Origin: an uncultured Chroococcidiopsis sp.
GTDB taxonomy: Bacteria; Cyanobacteriota; Cyanobacteriia; Cyanobacteriales; Chroococcidiopsidaceae
Direction of reading: 5' to 3'
DNA: 64,000 nucleotides
Assembly (NCBI GenBank): GCA_964248365.1
Contig: CAXTYC010000009.1
Location: 61,991 to 125,990 of the forward strand
Shown here piece by piece: positions 59,811 through 64,000 of this stretch (position 1 is its first letter; every line of letters begins with the position of its first letter). A program made the translations under genes and the position numbers. Below the pieces are notes generated by a model. It ran no database searches, was not told the DNA's origin, and saw only the letters and a list, made by a program, of their open reading frames with translations.

Positions 59811-59823
59811 CTAAAAAGTTTTT

Positions 59824-61599
59824 ATGCTAGAATTATTTAATAAACTGTTTCTGACCAAACAGTTTATTCCACACGGGCATTGTTACCTCTGGAAGCCTGG
59901 ATTGGTCTGGCTACACATAGTATCCGATTCGCTGATTGGCTTAGCCTATTATTCAATTCCAATCACGCTGGTTTATTTTGTCCGTAAGCGGCAAGATCTG
60001 CCTTTCAACTGGATATTTTTACTGTTTGGCACCTTCATTGTCGCGTGTGGTACTACCCATTTAATGGAAATTTGGACGCTTTGGCACCCGACCTACTGGT
60101 TGTCAGGAGCAATCAAAGCCATAACTGCGTTTGTTTCAGTATACACAGCGCTTGAGCTAGTGCCACTAGTGCCTAAAGCACTAGCTCTCCCTAGTCCGGC
60201 ACAGCTTGAGGCAACCAACCAAGAACTGCTGCATCAAATTACTCAGCGCCAGAATGCAGAATCAGCCCTAAAATTGGTTAACGACCAGTTAGAAACAAAG
60301 GTTAGAGAGCGTACTAGCGAACTGGCAAAAGCTAACGAAGAATTGAGAATGGAAATTACCCAGCGCCAGCAGGCTGAGGCAGAACGCGAACAACTATTGC
60401 AGCGCGAACAAGCAGCTCGTGAGCAAGCAGAGGCGGCAAACCGAATCAAAGATGAATTTCTGGCTGTATTATCCCACGAGCTACGCACACCGCTCAATCC
60501 TATTCTGGGTTGGTCAAGTCTGTTACAACGAAGTAAGCTTGATGCTGCAAAAACCACCCAAGCCCTTGCCACAATCGAGCGCAACGCCAAGTTACAAGTG
60601 CAACTGATTGACGATTTGCTCGATATTTCTCGGATTTTGCGTGGCAAATTGTCTTTAACGGTTGCACCTGTGGATCTACACAATGTCGTTTGTGCTGCTC
60701 TAGAAACAGTTCGTTTTGCAGCAGAAGCTAAGTCACTGCAAATTGAGCTGTTCTCATCTTCAATCGGGTTGGTAAATGGGGATGCAGGACGGTTGCAGCA
60801 AGCTGTTTGGAATCTTTTATCCAATGCGATCAAGTTTACACCTGCTGGGGGACGGGTGGAAGTGCGATTAGAAGTGGTTAATGATTCATCGTCAATGGTT
60901 CATGACTTTAAACAATTAACCATGAACACCTATGCTCAAATCCAAGTGATTGACACAGGACAAGGAATCCAGCCTGACTTTCTACCGTATGTGTTTGACC
61001 ATTTTCGTCAAGAGGATGGAACAACAACGCGCAAGTTTGGCGGTTTAGGGTTGGGGCTAGCAATTGTACGTCAAGTGATCGAACTGCATGGCGGCAGGGT
61101 GTTTGCCTCAAGTCCAGGCGAAGGACAAGGAGCTACTTTTACCATCCAGATTCCTCTAGCTACTCAATCTGTTGAGATGCCAACTACTGCGCCCACTTCA
61201 GCGCCGCGAGGCGATCTGAGTGGCATTCGGATTTTGGTAGTAGACGATGACGTAGATTCGCGGGAATTTATTGCTTTTGTCCTAGAGCAAGAAAACGCGA
61301 TCGTCACGGCTGTGTCCTCTGGGGTTGAGTCTCTACAAGCTTTTGCTCAATCGATTCCTCATATTATAGTGAGTGATATCGGTATGCCCCAAATGGATGG
61401 TTATATGCTCATGCGTAAAATCCGAATGCTGCCACCCGATCAAGGGGGATGTGTGCCAGCGATCGCACTGACTGCCTATGCGGGAGAATTGGATCGACAG
61501 CAGGCGCGCAGCGCAGGTTTCCACCGACATCTTGCCAAACCGATCAATCCAAATGCCCTAGTCAATTTCGTGGTCGAGTTAGTTCAAAAGCCAGAGTGA
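59824..61599 (+). CDS. Hybrid sensor histidine kinase/response regulator with ethylene-receptor-type N-terminal membrane domain
   Basis: SDSLIGLAYYSIP..F..FIVACGTTHL..K.ITAFVS (ETR1-like), SHELRTPL, GGLGLGL, receiver ILVVDDD..SDIGMP. Confidence 0.88.
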   Translation: MLELFNKLFLTKQFIPHGHCYLWKPGLVWLHIVSDSLIGLAYYSIPITLVYFVRKRQDLPFNWIFLLFGTFIVACGTTHLMEIWTLWHPTYWLSGAIKAITAFVSVYTALELVPLVPKALALPSPAQLEATNQELLHQITQRQNAESALKLVNDQLETKVRERTSELAKANEELRMEITQRQQAEAEREQLLQREQAAREQAEAANRIKDEFLAVLSHELRTPLNPILGWSSLLQRSKLDAAKTTQALATIERNAKLQVQLIDDLLDISRILRGKLSLTVAPVDLHNVVCAALETVRFAAEAKSLQIELFSSSIGLVNGDAGRLQQAVWNLLSNAIKFTPAGGRVEVRLEVVNDSSSMVHDFKQLTMNTYAQIQVIDTGQGIQPDFLPYVFDHFRQEDGTTTRKFGGLGLGLAIVRQVIELHGGRVFASSPGEGQGATFTIQIPLATQSVEMPTTAPTSAPRGDLSGIRILVVDDDVDSREFIAFVLEQENAIVTAVSSGVESLQAFAQSIPHIIVSDIGMPQMDGYMLMRKIRMLPPDQGGCVPAIALTAYAGELDRQQARSAGFHRHLAKPINPNALVNFVVELVQKPE

Positions 61600-61708
61600 A
61601 TAGAGCAACAGCTAGGAGGCAAGGCTTTTTGCTGTTGGGATAGGAGTAGATTCGCTCTATTCTTCGAGTGGCTGCATTTCTAACGCGCCGTAGCACTTTG
61701 CCTTACAC

Positions 61709-62965
61709 TTATTCTCTTGGTAGTGACGCGATACCGCGCTTAATCAGCTCAGTCTCCAGTTCCCTTATGAACTCAAAGTCCTCTTCGGGCAGGGGCTGAT
61801 TTCCACTGGCAAATAAGCCTTTATCTACCTGATCCGCTTTCTCAAGGAAGGCAAATGCTTGTCGAAACTGACGGGGAGTCACTTCAAGCGGCGAGTCAAA
61901 ATGGCAGGGTATAATCCGCTGGAAGCCCCAAAGTGCTACCTTGTCCGCCCAGTCGAGAACTTGGCGAGGTGCTTGATTAAGAATGAGGGTTTGCAAAATC
62001 GGTGCTACAAACAAACGCCCACCTCCCCGTAGGGCATCGAATGACTGCTTCCAAGTATCTTTCCATCTGAACGGAAACAAACCGAAATATGCTTTCTTTG
62101 AGTGATCCGGTGCTTTGAGGGCTTCCCAAAACGCTTGCCCCAGTCCGATCATCTCCAGTGCGCTCGGTCGGAAGTAAAATGCAAATAATGAAATTCGCTG
62201 CCATCCTTTGCGGCGGTTTGCCTCATTGTCCAAGACAGCATCGAGCGCACTATCCCTAGCGTGGAACAGCAAAGGGTAGGGATCAAGTTGGACGATCGCT
62301 GGTGGGTTTTCGGGTACGGATAGCACTGAGTCTGTCACCAGCAGTGTACGCGAAGTCTTGTGGAATAATGCAACTTCGCCAAACGACCCCCGTCCGAGAT
62401 TGATGTCGAGAATTGCATAGTCAAACTCTGAAGCAAAGGGACTTTGATTACTGGACAAGGGTAGCACATGAGTCCGTTTTCGGGGAAAGCCGAGCCAACC
62501 CAGTGGCAGGTTTACTGGAAAGCTCCACTGATTTGGAGTGACGAAAACCAGTGCGTTGGGAAAGCGTCTGGCGAATGGACCAACGAAAACTTTATGCTCC
62601 AAGCCGGAAGTGGTAGGCAGGATAATGTATTTGACATCACCGTGTTCGGTCACTAACTCGTTAACTAGGCGGATACACTCGGTCGTCGGAGCAATGGGTG
62701 CATAGATGAGCAGCCCTCCTGCTTTGAGCTTAACGACGGTCATGCGAATCGGCACGACAGTATACAAGATGCCCTGTAGCTGGTCGAAAGTCCAAATCGT
62801 GTCCTTCACCACTTCAGAGCGAAGTGTTCGCCGTCTGTTGTAGGGGTAGAGTGGCACAAGATGCCAGAAACCCCATGACCAGTCTTTGGGGTGACTACTT
62901 GGTTGGATTTCCTGCTCGATCGAACTTGTGCCTTCCATAACCTGCTCCTGTTTGGCTACTGCCAT
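61709..62965 (-). CDS. DUF4336 domain protein (metallo-hydrolase-like)
   Basis: PLYPY.RRRT, IRMTVVKL..GGL, GLEHK, TLLVTD, IIPCHF. Confidence 0.8.
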   Translation of the reverse strand: MAVAKQEQVMEGTSSIEQEIQPSSHPKDWSWGFWHLVPLYPYNRRRTLRSEVVKDTIWTFDQLQGILYTVVPIRMTVVKLKAGGLLIYAPIAPTTECIRLVNELVTEHGDVKYIILPTTSGLEHKVFVGPFARRFPNALVFVTPNQWSFPVNLPLGWLGFPRKRTHVLPLSSNQSPFASEFDYAILDINLGRGSFGEVALFHKTSRTLLVTDSVLSVPENPPAIVQLDPYPLLFHARDSALDAVLDNEANRRKGWQRISLFAFYFRPSALEMIGLGQAFWEALKAPDHSKKAYFGLFPFRWKDTWKQSFDALRGGGRLFVAPILQTLILNQAPRQVLDWADKVALWGFQRIIPCHFDSPLEVTPRQFRQAFAFLEKADQVDKGLFASGNQPLPEEDFEFIRELETELIKRGIASLPRE

Positions 62966-63074
62966 TTTATCAAGAGACTTCTTGCAAGATCGCAGGAAAA
63001 GGAAAAAGGCTAAAGGCTAAAGGGTAAAGGCTAAAGGCTAAAGGTAATTTCTCCCCCTCTCCCCCTCTCCCTCC

Positions 63075-63938
63075 TTAACGAGAAGCGGTCAGCTGTCCTG
63101 CCTCCAGTTCCCTAAAGGCGCGTTCTGCTAAAATGCGATGAGCGGCAGTTGTGGGATGAATGCTATCCCAGAACAAAAACTGGTCTGGATTGCCACAGGC
63201 GCGATCGCCAGACAGACACCCATTGATGACATTGGTAAAGCCAAACGACAGGGGATTGGCGATCGCTTCTCGGTAGAGCGCGTTGGCATCCAAGGTGACA
63301 ATCTGGAGTTGAGAATATTGCTGACTCAACATCTTTAGCGATCGCCTCAAGCCTTGATTATGTGCTTGTGTTAATGCATCCAGCTTTGCCGAATTAACAC
63401 TCTTTCGCGTTGCTGGTAATTGTCCTAAATCTGGTAAATTTGCTACCAAGATATTTTTTGCACCGTTATTGGCAAGAGTTGCGATCGCCTTTGTCACGTT
63501 TTCAACCGGAACAGTTGCACTGCTTGCCCCCTGCAAATAATCATTTGCTCCTGCCCATAGCACATACAGTGCATTTTGTAAAGGTTGGTGATGCGTCTGA
63601 TTAAACGACTGAACTTGTGTCAACAAGCCAGGTACAAGAGTGTTGCGATCGCTCCCAGTTGTAGCGCCTCCTACGGCAAAATTGTTGGTTTGGCTGGAAG
63701 AGAGGCGGAGGCGATCTGCAAGATACTCAACCCAAACCCGACCATTTGAGTAACGCCCCGGAAAATAGGTTGGTGGTGGATACATTCCCCCCGTTGCTCG
63801 GAACACTGTACCCACATCTGAAAGACTGTCACCAAATACATAGAGTCTATTTATGGGTTCAAACCGCTCAGTTGAAAAAACAAGTAATGTCATAAAAGTT
63901 ACAAGTACAAGGGTGAGCGCTAAAATAATTCTTTGCAT
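63075..63938 (-). CDS. SGNH/GDSL hydrolase with signal peptide
   Basis: VFGDSLSD, GRYSNG, GANDY, FWDSIHPT. Confidence 0.92.
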   Translation of the reverse strand: MQRIILALTLVLVTFMTLLVFSTERFEPINRLYVFGDSLSDVGTVFRATGGMYPPPTYFPGRYSNGRVWVEYLADRLRLSSSQTNNFAVGGATTGSDRNTLVPGLLTQVQSFNQTHHQPLQNALYVLWAGANDYLQGASSATVPVENVTKAIATLANNGAKNILVANLPDLGQLPATRKSVNSAKLDALTQAHNQGLRRSLKMLSQQYSQLQIVTLDANALYREAIANPLSFGFTNVINGCLSGDRACGNPDQFLFWDSIHPTTAAHRILAERAFRELEAGQLTASR

Positions 63939-64000
63939 TTATCAATAAGCAGTAAGCATTTATCAATAAGCAGTAAGCATTTATCAATAAGCAGTAAGCA
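63935..64000. repeat. 21-bp perfect tandem repeat GCATTTATCAATAAGCAGTAA, running off the window edge
   Basis: Three full copies plus a partial copy; no spacers. Confidence 0.9.

Larger units (their letters stand above)
1..64000. repeat. HIP1 octamer GCGATCGC dispersed throughout
   Basis: Very frequent in coding and non-coding DNA (e.g. 391-398); cyanobacterial hallmark; not counted exhaustively. Confidence 0.95.

Noticed and set aside
60243..60833. 196-aa antisense ORF and the many other short overlapping ORFs in the track
   Set aside because: Shadows of well-supported genes on the opposite strand or another frame; no independent motifs
63935..64000. CRISPR array
   Set aside because: The repeats abut with no unique spacers, and there are no cas genes in the window

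Overview
This is a 64 kb chromosomal window from a cyanobacterium, shown by abundant HIP1 GCGATCGC sites, ycf3, petN and a cikA homolog. Dense heptamer/nonamer tandem repeats suggest a filamentous, possibly heterocyst-forming lineage, but the genus cannot be determined. From left to right it holds: (1) two DUF488 genes plus a dual-OB-type gene broken by two in-frame TAA stops; (2) a ~15 kb cluster of GT4/GT9/GT2 glycosyltransferases with heptose-pathway enzymes (GmhB, and GmhA fused to a GT4), an SDR and an embedded CdaR/PucR regulator; (3) nanE, a cikA homolog lacking the pseudo-receiver, and cobN with several in-frame repeat insertions; (4) a decayed antitoxin split by a 179-bp MITE; (5) ycf3, gatC, a GST, an SPFH lipoprotein, a GNAT and aroA; (6) a Co/Ni ECF transporter and a Fur-box-preceded multicopper oxidase / HhH lipoprotein / ferritin-like / FTR1 iron module; (7) an atypical SMR exporter, flavin amine oxidase, SpeD and ACL5-like aminopropyltransferase, followed by two membrane GGDEF-EAL proteins, with a similar palindromic motif in the upstream regions; (8) petN, a cysteine synthase, Uma2, a 1-Cys peroxiredoxin, an IS630 remnant, an ethylene-receptor-like hybrid kinase, DUF4336 and a GDSL hydrolase. 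The best candidates for an undescribed system are the polyamine synthesis/oxidation/export plus c-di-GMP locus and the heptose-glycan cluster. All calls come from reading motifs by eye; no searches were run.
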